From contig JACPEV010000013.1 in NCBI GenBank assembly GCA_016183325.1, positions 4,837-68,836 of the forward strand: a stretch of DNA of 64,000 nucleotides, given 5' to 3'. How positions within the stretch are numbered: position 1 is the stretch's first letter; the number at the start of each line of letters is the position of its first letter. Below, piece after piece: positions 39,674 through 48,156 of this stretch. The translations under genes and the position numbers were made by a program. Source of the stretch: Candidatus Curtissbacteria bacterium (lineage in GTDB: Bacteria > Patescibacteriota > Microgenomatia > Curtissbacterales > GWA2-41-24). The notes under the pieces are model-generated. The model had not been told where the DNA came from, did not search any database, and saw nothing but the letters and a program-made list of their open reading frames with translations.

Positions 39674-40774
39674 ATGGATTTCCAGACACATCTAAAAGAT
39701 TTCTTGGCCAGTTTTGAGCCATATGCCCAAAAATATTTTCAGAACAAAATCAAAGAAGTTTCCAAATATCATCCTTTAATCGTCCAGTTTTACAAAGACC
39801 TTGCCGATTTTTCCTCCGGAGGGAAAAGAATGAGGGCGTTTTTAGTTTATCTTGGATATTTGATAGGAACTCATCTGCGGTTCAACCCCTCTGATGGGTT
39901 GAACCTCCAAAAGGATTTTCAAAAAATTTTGCCGATTGCCTTGGCGATTGAGATCATTCACAGTTTCCTTTTAATTCACGATGACATTATCGATAAATCA
40001 GACATGCGGCATGGAGCGCCGACTATCCATAGGCGCTATGAGAAGCTAGTTGGTAGCCCGCCTGCCGTCCGCCTGAGGGACGAGGCGGGTCATTACGGAT
40101 TAAGTCAAGCCATCCTGCTTGGTGATATTGCTTGTTTTGAGGCGTTTAGTTTAATTAATTCGTCGTCTTTTGATAATGATCTTAAGGTAATTTGCCAAGG
40201 ACAACTTATTAAAACTCTTTTGAATACCGGATACGGAGAAGCTCTGGACGTTGAGGCACCTTACAGAGGGGCGACGTTAGCGCAGATTAGACAGGTAATG
40301 GACCTCAAGACGGCAAGATATAGTTTTGTGGGACCGCTGAGCTTGGGAGCAATTTTGGGAGGGGCAGGGAAAGAACAGATTAGCAGTTTGACTAAGTTTG
40401 GACTCTCTTGTGGGATGGCGTTTCAACTCAAAGATGATATCCTCGGAGTTTTTGGTGATGAGAAGGTTACAGGGAAGCCAATGGATTTCTCGGAAGGGAA
40501 AAATACAATGCTTATTTATAAAACTTATGAGCTTGTAAATGCAAAAGAAAAAGCATATTTAAAGAAAATTTGGGGGAACAAAAACGCAAATTCTGGAGAT
40601 TTAAAGCGAGTTGGGCAAATAATTAGGGATTGTGGAGCTTTGGCATGGTGTGAGAAGGAACAAGTGAAACTGGCGAATGCGGCAAAAAAGGTTATTTTTG
40701 ATATAACAAATGATAAAGAATTACAAATTATCTTTGAGCAAATTGCAGATTTCGTAATAGGCAGAGAAAAGTAA
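39674..40774 (+). CDS. Polyprenyl diphosphate synthase (GGPP/FPP synthase family)
   Basis: GGKRMR, LIHDDIID, KTA and FQLKDD. Confidence 0.93.
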   Translation: MDFQTHLKDFLASFEPYAQKYFQNKIKEVSKYHPLIVQFYKDLADFSSGGKRMRAFLVYLGYLIGTHLRFNPSDGLNLQKDFQKILPIALAIEIIHSFLLIHDDIIDKSDMRHGAPTIHRRYEKLVGSPPAVRLRDEAGHYGLSQAILLGDIACFEAFSLINSSSFDNDLKVICQGQLIKTLLNTGYGEALDVEAPYRGATLAQIRQVMDLKTARYSFVGPLSLGAILGGAGKEQISSLTKFGLSCGMAFQLKDDILGVFGDEKVTGKPMDFSEGKNTMLIYKTYELVNAKEKAYLKKIWGNKNANSGDLKRVGQIIRDCGALAWCEKEQVKLANAAKKVIFDITNDKELQIIFEQIADFVIGREK

Positions 40775-40881
40775 CACAACCCCCCGCCGAATTTAACAAA
40801 GGGTGGGTTGAAAAAGAAGTCTTTTTGCGATATCCTTTTGATTAACCCTCAAGTGGGCATTGTATTGTTTGGCAAAAATTA

Positions 40882-41571
40882 ATGAGTAAGACGATTCCCG
40901 AACATGTAGTTATAATTCCTGATGGAAATCGACGTTGGGCCAAAAAACACGGCCTGGCGCCAATAGAAGGGCATAAAAAGGGTCTGGAGACAGCACTTTC
41001 AGTGGTTCGCGGTTCAAGAGACCTGGGTGTGAAGATTTTAACCCTTTGGGGTTTTTCGACTGAAAATTGGCGCAGACCTTCAATGGAAGTTGGTTATTTA
41101 ATGAAACTTTACACTGTGTTTTTTAAGAAACATACGAAGGAATTAATGCGGGAAGGAGTAAAATTTAACTGGCTAGGACGAAGGGATCGAGTGCCAAAGA
41201 CACTAAGACGAATTCTTGAAAAGATCGAGGCAGAGACTGAAAAGAACACTCGCTATATCCTTAATATTTGTTTAGATTACGGCGGAAGAGAAGAGTTAAT
41301 TGGTGTTTTTAAAAAACTTTTAAATCGTAAGATAAAGCCTTCACAGATTAACGAGCAGTTGATTTCCACAAATTTGCAGACGACTGGACTACCAGACCCG
41401 GATCTTTTGATTAGAACTTCGGGAGAAATGAGAACTAGCGGGATCATGCCATGGCAGACAATTTATACAGAGCTTTTCTTTTCTAAAGCTTATTTCCCAG
41501 ATTTTTCATTGGCGGAGCTTAAGCGAGCAATTGGTGATTTTGCCAGGCGCCAGAGACGATTTGGAGAATAG
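40882..41571 (+). CDS. uppS: Undecaprenyl diphosphate synthase
   Basis: DGNRRWA, FSTENW and IRTSGE. Confidence 0.95.
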   Translation: MSKTIPEHVVIIPDGNRRWAKKHGLAPIEGHKKGLETALSVVRGSRDLGVKILTLWGFSTENWRRPSMEVGYLMKLYTVFFKKHTKELMREGVKFNWLGRRDRVPKTLRRILEKIEAETEKNTRYILNICLDYGGREELIGVFKKLLNRKIKPSQINEQLISTNLQTTGLPDPDLLIRTSGEMRTSGIMPWQTIYTELFFSKAYFPDFSLAELKRAIGDFARRQRRFGE

Positions 41572-41655
41572 AAGTCAAAAAAAAGTATCACAAGTATCAA
41601 AGGTATCACAAGTACCACAAGCTTAGAAATATAAGCACTTGATAAGCCAATTCCC

Positions 41656-42093
41656 ATGAAGAAAAAGTTTAATAACGAGCCTTATGCCCGTCGAATCGAA
41701 AAGCCTTGGGGGTGGGAGATCCACTTTGTGCCTGACGATAAACCGTATATGGGGAAAATTCTTCATTTGAACGCTGGTGCAAGGCTTTCTTTGCAATATC
41801 ACGACGAGAAACTAGAAAGTTGGTTTTTACTGCGCGGGCGAGCGAAGCTCATTTGGGATGATGAGAATGGGAATCTTGTTGAGTTGGAACTTGAAACTGG
41901 AAAGGGTTACAGTTGTGAGGTTGGGCAAAGACATAGATTTGCAGGGATAACTGATTGTGACGTGATTGAAGTATCGACGCCGGAGATTGGGAAAACTTAC
42001 CGGCTTGATGATGACTATAATCGAGCCGGTCAAACAGAAGACGAAGCAGAGAGAGAACGCAGGAATAAGGGAATTCTGATAACTGATAAATGA
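41656..42093 (+). CDS. Cupin protein (mannose-6-phosphate isomerase-like)
   Basis: KPWG, LSLQYH and EVSTP. Confidence 0.8.
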   Translation: MKKKFNNEPYARRIEKPWGWEIHFVPDDKPYMGKILHLNAGARLSLQYHDEKLESWFLLRGRAKLIWDDENGNLVELELETGKGYSCEVGQRHRFAGITDCDVIEVSTPEIGKTYRLDDDYNRAGQTEDEAERERRNKGILITDK

Positions 42094-42161
42094 TCATCGA
42101 ACTCGAACCCGTATCGAGCTAGGAAAAAAGCTTGAAACGATATGGGATCGTCAAGCGTTAG

Positions 42162-42199
42162 ACATTTTATTCAATGATCATGGAACAAAATGTTGATGG
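42162..42199. repeat. 38-bp palindrome-containing repeat, solo copy 3
   Basis: acattttattcaatgatcatggaacaaaatgttgatgg. Confidence 0.8.
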
Positions 42200-42208
42200 A
42201 ATTAATAG

Positions 42209-42820
42209 ATGAAGGACTTTACGCTTAAACATTATGCATCAAGAACTCACGAAAAAATGCGGGAGGTTCTGATGGATCCTAATGCAGTAGGGCCGGAGAT
42301 TCATTATCACATGGTGCGGGGAGGGACTGACCAGCGAAATATTACGACTTGGGAGCCGGGAACTGTTGGTGGGGAGTATATAAAAACATATGGGCATTAT
42401 CATGTTGGCAAGTTGGATGAGACGTATTGGGTGATATTTGGAGAAGGGGTGGTTTTGGTACAAAAGAGAGCCGTAGGAGTTGATGGAAGCCCAATCGACG
42501 ATGAAATAGAGCAAGCTTATGCTGTTCATGTTCGTCCGGGTGATGCATTGTTTATCCCTGCCGAGTGGGGACATTTGGTGGCTAATATCTCCAAGACGTT
42601 CTTTGTGACAGCTGATGACTCTCCGGTAAATTTTGATGAATCTAATCCTGTCTCTTTGCCGGGGCATGCGGATTATGAAGCTGTGAAGCGAATGCAAGGG
42701 TTTTGTTATTACATTGTAGAGAAAGGCGGAAAGCCTGCCTTGGTTAAGAATCCCAAGTACAAAAAGGTGCCTGAACTTGAAATTATCGAAGCTAAGGATT
42801 ACCCTTTGTCAAAGGACTAG
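42209..42820 (+). CDS. Cupin-type (archaeal-like) glucose-6-phosphate isomerase family protein
   Basis: PGTVGGEYIKTYGHYH...E.Y...GEG...IPAEWGH...N. Confidence 0.8.
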   Translation: MKDFTLKHYASRTHEKMREVLMDPNAVGPEIHYHMVRGGTDQRNITTWEPGTVGGEYIKTYGHYHVGKLDETYWVIFGEGVVLVQKRAVGVDGSPIDDEIEQAYAVHVRPGDALFIPAEWGHLVANISKTFFVTADDSPVNFDESNPVSLPGHADYEAVKRMQGFCYYIVEKGGKPALVKNPKYKKVPELEIIEAKDYPLSKD

Positions 42821-43238
42821 ACCAATTTCCTATATTAGGCTTACGAGCTTCCAATAAATCATGAAACAAAGTTCTCCTAAATTCAGTCTCAGCTTTTGGC
42901 ATGGGCTTGGGCCAATGATGAATTCTATAGGCCAAAGCAAGAGCAATTTCAGCTTGCCTTTTTTTTGCAAGCAAATATTTGAGCAGAGGTTTAAGAACAG
43001 GTATGACGTGAGTTCCAGTTACGCGCCACTTAGTTACAGGCAAATTTCTACCTCTTATCAACTCTGGCCAATAACTACCTCCGAATGTTTTCTGGAGAAG
43101 TTGCATTGGCTCTATATCCGTCATTCCTACTTCTACCATCGGTTTAAATTGATCTTTGCCATATTGAAAAGTTTTTCTTATAGAAATACAACCTTCGCCG
43201 TCAATAAGACCTGCGAGATAAGCATAAACAGTTTTCAT
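42792..43238 (-). CDS. Free-standing single-motif LAGLIDADG homing endonuclease
   Basis: YLAGLIDGEG, FGG, and YLLAKKRQA. Confidence 0.88.
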   Translation of the reverse strand: MKTVYAYLAGLIDGEGCISIRKTFQYGKDQFKPMVEVGMTDIEPMQLLQKTFGGSYWPELIRGRNLPVTKWRVTGTHVIPVLKPLLKYLLAKKRQAEIALALAYRIHHWPKPMPKAETEFRRTLFHDLLEARKPNIGNWSSPLTKGNP

Positions 43239-43336
43239 TTTAACTTGTGAGTTATATTATAAAAAATAATACCCGAATGAAACACGAATGTCAAATATAA
43301 ACATAATCACCATATTTAACTATAAAGGAGGTTAAG

Positions 43337-45151
43337 ATTTGCGGGATTTTTGGTTACGTTGGTAAACAGCGTGACGCTGCAAAGATTGTTTTTGAGGGTC
43401 TTAAGCGGCTTGAATACCGCGGTTATGATTCGTGGGGAATAGTTGCGGTGAGTGGAAAGTTGAAAGTTGAGAGTGGAAAATTATTAGTAGAAAAGCATGT
43501 GGGGAAAATCGGCAATTCAACTCTCAATTCTCAACTCTCAATTCTCAAATCAAGTATAGCTCTTGGCCACACGCGCTGGGCGACGCACGGGGGAGTGACT
43601 AAGGAGAATGCCCATCCACATTTAGATTGCAGCGGAAATTTGGCTTTGGTTCATAACGGCATTGTCGAAAATTATCAAGAGCTTAAAAAAAGCCTCAAAA
43701 AAAAGCATAAATTTAAATCTCAGACGGATTCGGAAGTGATAGTACACATGATCGAGGAATTGAGAGGCTTAATCTCTTCTAAGGTTGAACCTTCAACAAA
43801 GGTTCAACCTTTAAAAGATACTGTCAGGAAAGTGTTTTTGAAACTCACAGGACTTAACGCTATTGTAGTGATGAATGATGGAGAACTGGTTGTTGCTAAG
43901 AACGGATCTCCTTTAGTTTTGGGGATAGGCAGTGGTGAGTATTTAGTAGCTTCTGATGCGGCGGCGCTTTTGCCTCACACAAATAAAGTTATTTTCCTGC
44001 GAGACAACCAGATGGCAGAAATAACGGATAGTGGAGTAAATATTTTTGATATAGCCTCAGATGAGGCAGTAACACCAAAAGTAGAAATACTAAATTGGAA
44101 AATTGAAGAAGCAAATCTTGGAGGCCATAAACACTTCATGATCAAAGAAATTTACGAGCAGCCAAAGGTTATCAGGAACATATCAGAAACTTATATAGAC
44201 CAAATAAGTGATCTTTGTAAGGTAATCGAGAAAGCTCATGGCACATTTTTTATTGGGGCTGGAACCGCATTTAATGCTTGTCTTGCCGGGGCGTATCTTT
44301 TTTCAAAGATTGCAAAAGCGCATGTAAATACGATTGTCGCTTCCGAATTTAATTATCTGGAGCATTTTTTACATAAAGAAACTTTGGTGATTGCTCTTTC
44401 ACAATCCGGGGAAACAATCGACGTTATTGAGCCCTTGAAAAGGGCAAAAGAAAAAGGTGCCAAGATTGTGGCGATTGTAAATAATTTGGGCTCGACGATT
44501 TGGCAAATGGCAGATTATAAATTGTTACTTGGTGCCGGAGTTGAGATGGCGGTTGCTTCAACAAAAGCTTATGTTTCTAAACTTTCTGTTTTAATCTTGA
44601 TTGCATATGGACTCGTGAATAGACTGGACGAGGGAAGAAAATTGCTTGCAGAGGCTGCTGATGAGGTTGAAAGACTATTGTTCGAGGAAGTGGAAAACAT
44701 AAAAAAAATCGCAAAAATTTTAGCAGTCCACGATCATATTTTTACCATTGGTCGAGGACTTTCGTATCAAACGGCCCTTGAGGCTGCTTTGAAGATGAAA
44801 GAGGTTAGTTATATTCATACGGAAGGATTGGCTGGAGGAGAGCTGAAGCACGGGCCGATTGCATTAATTTCAAAAGGGACGCCGTGCGTTGTTTTTGCAC
44901 CAAACGATGAGACACATGAGGCAATTATTTCTAACGCCACCGAGATTAAAGCAAGAGGCGGGTTGATTATCGGGGTTGGGTCAAAAAAGTCAGAAGTGTT
45001 TGACGAATGGGTCCAAGTGCGAGATTTAGGGGACGCTTCTATAATTTGCAATGTTATTCCAGCACAGCTATTTGGTTATTTTTTGGCGATTGAGAAAGGT
45101 TTGGACCCGGATAAGCCAAGAAATTTAGCAAAGTCAGTCACTGTGAAATAA
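43337..45151 (+). CDS. glmS: Glutamine--fructose-6-phosphate aminotransferase, apparent ATT start
   Basis: AAGGAGG then ATT TGC GGG ATT (xCGI) in frame with LEYRGYDS, HTRWATHG and PRNLAKSVTVK. Confidence 0.95.
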   Translation: MCGIFGYVGKQRDAAKIVFEGLKRLEYRGYDSWGIVAVSGKLKVESGKLLVEKHVGKIGNSTLNSQLSILKSSIALGHTRWATHGGVTKENAHPHLDCSGNLALVHNGIVENYQELKKSLKKKHKFKSQTDSEVIVHMIEELRGLISSKVEPSTKVQPLKDTVRKVFLKLTGLNAIVVMNDGELVVAKNGSPLVLGIGSGEYLVASDAAALLPHTNKVIFLRDNQMAEITDSGVNIFDIASDEAVTPKVEILNWKIEEANLGGHKHFMIKEIYEQPKVIRNISETYIDQISDLCKVIEKAHGTFFIGAGTAFNACLAGAYLFSKIAKAHVNTIVASEFNYLEHFLHKETLVIALSQSGETIDVIEPLKRAKEKGAKIVAIVNNLGSTIWQMADYKLLLGAGVEMAVASTKAYVSKLSVLILIAYGLVNRLDEGRKLLAEAADEVERLLFEEVENIKKIAKILAVHDHIFTIGRGLSYQTALEAALKMKEVSYIHTEGLAGGELKHGPIALISKGTPCVVFAPNDETHEAIISNATEIKARGGLIIGVGSKKSEVFDEWVQVRDLGDASIICNVIPAQLFGYFLAIEKGLDPDKPRNLAKSVTVK

Positions 45152-45206
45152 ATTTCTTGTCTTGCGGTCCTCCCCCGCCCTTCGCGAAAGGCGGGGTGCG
45201 GGCCTA

Positions 45207-45245
45207 AAACCACGGAACATTGCGAAGAGTGTGACGGTTAAGTGA
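45207..45245 (+). pseudogene. Recoded duplicate of the last 12 codons of glmS (KPRNIAKSVTVK*)
   Basis: AAA CCA CGG AAC ATT GCG AAG AGT GTG ACG GTT AAG TGA versus 45113-45151. Confidence 0.9.
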
Positions 45246-45297
45246 TTGCGTTTATCGTTTATGGTTTATTGTTTATCGCACGAGTTTCGCACATGAT

Positions 45298-45383
45298 GTC
45301 ATCCTGGAGCGAAGTGAAACGAAGCGATAGGATCTACTTTAAGAATTAAGATTCTATCGTGGTCGTTGCCACTCCAGAATGAC
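45298..45383. repeat. REP-like palindrome GTCATYCTGGAG...CTCCAGRATGAC (other copies at 13329-13409 and 45754-45821)
   Basis: Terminal inverted repeat and shared internal GTGAAACGA..GATAG motif. Confidence 0.85.
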
Positions 45384-45464
45384 AGATGAAAGTAGTTTAG
45401 TGCGAAACTCGTGTATCGTTTGGTTTGGCAATGAACGATTAACAATTTACGATTAACTGTACAA

Positions 45465-46058
45465 ATGAAACTTGGAGCTAAACAATTAAGAGTGAGTGAA
45501 CCAAGCGAAGCTGATCTTAAAAAGATCAAACGGCGGGAGGTTTATATTATTTGTGACAATGTTTTGGATACTTATAATATCGGATCGATATTTCGCTTGG
45601 CGGATGCTCTGGCAGTTAAGTGCGTTTATCTGTGTGGTGGATCGGAAACTCCTCCAAATGCTCGGATTGCTAAGGCCAGTGTGGGGACTGATAAGTGGGT
45701 ACCATGGCAATATAGAGCAACAGCGGTCGAGGCGATTTTGGATCTCCGGTCCCGTCATTCTGGAGGGAGTGAAACGACCGATAGAATCTCAAGAGATCCT
45801 ATCGCTTCGCTCCAGGATGACAGGATAGGAATCAAGGTAGTTGCAATAGAGCAGAGCAAAAATAGTCAAGACTTTAGGAAAGTGGAGTATACAGAGCCCG
45901 TGGCTTTTGTGGTTGGGCATGAAACAGGAGGGGTATCAAAAGAAGCTTTGAAGATGGCGGATCAAATCGTGGAGATACCGATGTTTGGTATAAACCGATC
46001 ACTTAACGTTATGGTTTCTCTGGCTATTGTTTTGTATCAAGCCGTAGTAATGGATTAA
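45465..46058 (+). CDS. SpoU/TrmH family RNA methyltransferase
   Basis: NIGSIFR, VGHETGG and IPMFG..RSLNV. Confidence 0.92.
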   Translation: MKLGAKQLRVSEPSEADLKKIKRREVYIICDNVLDTYNIGSIFRLADALAVKCVYLCGGSETPPNARIAKASVGTDKWVPWQYRATAVEAILDLRSRHSGGSETTDRISRDPIASLQDDRIGIKVVAIEQSKNSQDFRKVEYTEPVAFVVGHETGGVSKEALKMADQIVEIPMFGINRSLNVMVSLAIVLYQAVVMD

Positions 46059-46060
46059 TC

Positions 46061-46594
46061 TCAATTGGGACTGATGGTATAACTAACTGTATTTGTTGAA
46101 ATGGGGCAAACGGTAGTATTTTGGGTTGGGTCTTTTTGGGAATCGTTTTGATTTTCAAGACAGGCAACTATTGAATAACCAGTGCAGGCGTTTGGCCCGC
46201 AGCTTGCGGGAGTTGGAGTGTAAGTATAAGCTGATCCGGTTTTGGGATCCTTTGGAACAGCTTTTATATAAGGATTTGATGCTGGGGAAAGATCCGGATT
46301 GGTCGAGGTTCCGGTTATGCCACAACTGCCTGAAACGTAAGTATCACAACTTGGATAATAATAGGCACCGGCGGTGTCTTGTCTGGCAAGCTCCAGAGCT
46401 TTTTTGGCGGCATCAAGATCTGTTTTGCGCCGGGAATCACGGCTTCTGGCTTGTGCTCCGCTGAAAGAGGCAACTGAAATTGTAGCTAAAATGCCGATAA
46501 TCGCGATAATGACTAATAATTCAATAAGAGTGAAGCCAGTGCGCCTTTGGCGCAAGTGATGAGTGATGAGTGATGAGTGATGAGTCGTGGGCAT
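46061..46594 (-). CDS. Type IV pilin / pseudopilin
   Basis: GFTLIELL N-methylation site and RDSRRKTDL. Confidence 0.92.
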   Translation of the reverse strand: MPTTHHSSLITHHLRQRRTGFTLIELLVIIAIIGILATISVASFSGAQARSRDSRRKTDLDAAKKALELARQDTAGAYYYPSCDTYVSGSCGITGTSTNPDLSPASNPYIKAVPKDPKTGSAYTYTPTPASCGPNACTGYSIVACLENQNDSQKDPTQNTTVCPISTNTVSYTISPN

Positions 46595-46649
46595 TAATCT
46601 AAGGATAAAAGATTATATAGATGTTGTCAAAGAAGAAGAAAAAGAATGC

Positions 46650-47291
46650 CTAGTCGTTACAAACGTAATAGGGTGTTTCTCCTGCTACGGCCGCGGCACC
46701 GGCACTTAAGCATTGTGTTATGGATGGAGCTGATTGAGGATCATTTTTATTTTCGAGAAGCGCCCGAAGCAGAAATGTCGGTGCTCCTGTTACAGCAAAA
46801 GTTGGGGGAGTTGCAGTACTTAGACAAGCGTTGGCAGTTGTTGTTCCGGATGTTGTATAGTGATAATCGTTTGCACCTGTTTTACTAGGGTCAACAGGGA
46901 CTACTTTTATATAGGCTAGATCAGCGTCATCAAGATGTGCTTCCAAAGCGTCATATCTGACATCTGCACTGGCCCCGGCCATTACGGGGTAATAGGCACT
47001 ACCAAGACAGTCTTGCTTAGCCATGTCTAGGGCTTTTTTAACGGCATCAAGATCTGCTTTTCTTCTTGAATCACGGCCTCTGGCTTGTGCTCCAGCGAAA
47101 GAGGCTACGACAATGGTTGCTAAAATGCCGATGATGGCGATAACGACTAATAATTCAATGAGAGTGAAGCCATTGTTAGATTGCTCGCCTCGCTTCGCTT
47201 GCGAAGCGGGTTGAATTGTTAGATTGTTAAGTAGATTTTTCTTTTTGAACAATTTAGCAATGAAGCAATGTAGCAATTTATTGATGTGCAT
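46650..47291 (-). CDS. Type IV pilin / pseudopilin
   Basis: GFTLIELLVV and RDSRRKADL; leader lengthened by repeats; start uncertain. Confidence 0.9.
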   Translation of the reverse strand: MHINKLLHCFIAKLFKKKNLLNNLTIQPASQAKRGEQSNNGFTLIELLVVIAIIGILATIVVASFAGAQARGRDSRRKADLDAVKKALDMAKQDCLGSAYYPVMAGASADVRYDALEAHLDDADLAYIKVVPVDPSKTGANDYHYTTSGTTTANACLSTATPPTFAVTGAPTFLLRALLENKNDPQSAPSITQCLSAGAAAVAGETPYYVCND

Positions 47292-47311
47292 TAACTTTAG
47301 CATAAGTTGCA

Positions 47312-47340
47312 TTGACAGCATTTGTCAAGCGGTGTAGAAT
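47312..47340 (+). promoter_or_regulatory. Sigma70 promoter of the 16S rRNA gene
   Basis: TTGACA-17 bp-TAGAAT. Confidence 0.85.
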
Positions 47341-47405
47341 TAGTCGCGCGATATGCGAATACTGTTTGGTAATTTTTCTTCATTCTTACAAGTTCGCAAT
47401 TCATA

Positions 47406-47416
47406 GCTCTTTAACA
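47406..47416 (+). promoter_or_regulatory. boxA antitermination element
   Basis: GCTCTTTAACA in the rRNA leader. Confidence 0.75.
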
Positions 47417-47720
47417 ACTGAAAAGTATGCCGCTTTTCAGTATTCTTTTGTTTGATCTTGATCCGCCTACGCTCTTCGAGCTTCGGCGGACTGCGAGTTC
47501 AAGCAAGCTTGAACTCTGAAAAGTGGCACCCAAAAAACCGGAAATCGGAATTCGGAAATCGGATTTCGGACTTTTTCTGAGATCTGATATCTGATATCTG
47601 AAATCCGGGAATAATCCTTAGAGTTATTTAAAATCGAGTTCAGATTAAATTCTTTTTTGAGAGTTTGATCCTAGCTCAGGATGAACGCTGGCGGCGTGCC
47701 TTAGGCATGCAAGTCGAACG

Positions 47721-48156
47721 GCCGGAGATCAGATTTCGGAAATCGGATTTCGGATATAATTAGAGAAGTGATGGATGTAACGGAATTGAGAGTGTATAGG
47801 CAATCATTAGATGCATTTCTATTAATTGAAGAGATTGCAAAACAATTGCCAAAAGAGTTAGCTGATACAAGAAGACAAATATTAAGATGCTCAAAAGCTG
47901 TTGCACCCATTATTGCAGAGGGTTTTGGACGTAGACATTCACAAAGAGAATTTGGACATTACGTAATTCAAGCTATGAGTTCTTCAGATGAGACAATAAC
48001 CCATTTGAGAACAATTGCTATTTCCAAATTTAATACTGTTTCAATCGATCAGTTGAAACATGCGGCGAGTGTCTATAAATCTCTTTCCAAACAACTCAAC
48101 AAACTTTTCACTTCTTTAATAGTCTGAAATCTGACTTCTGATATCCGATCTCCGGC
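47721..48156 (+). mobile_element. Intervening sequence in 16S helix 6 (V1), an ORF enclosed by long inverted heptamer-repeat arms
   Basis: gccggagatcagatttcggaaatcggatttcgga ... tctgaaatctgacttctgatatccgatctccggc. Confidence 0.88.
47768..48127 (+). CDS. Four-helix-bundle (23S rRNA IVP-like) protein inside the 16S gene
   Basis: LRVYRQS...QILRCSKAVAPIIAEGFGR...AMSSSDET. Confidence 0.88.
   Translation: MMDVTELRVYRQSLDAFLLIEEIAKQLPKELADTRRQILRCSKAVAPIIAEGFGRRHSQREFGHYVIQAMSSSDETITHLRTIAISKFNTVSIDQLKHAASVYKSLSKQLNKLFTSLIV

Noticed and set aside
43239-43336. glmS ribozyme upstream of glmS
   Set aside because: The ~100-nt spacer is AT-rich and lacks the recognisable conserved core.
45160-45245. 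SRP or RNase P RNA downstream of glmS
   Set aside because: No conserved motifs; the region is explained by a hairpin plus the duplicated glmS end.
46400-47175. Similarity between the two pilin 5' regions as a gene-end duplication
   Set aside because: Both are full-length paralogues sharing the conserved N-terminal helix.
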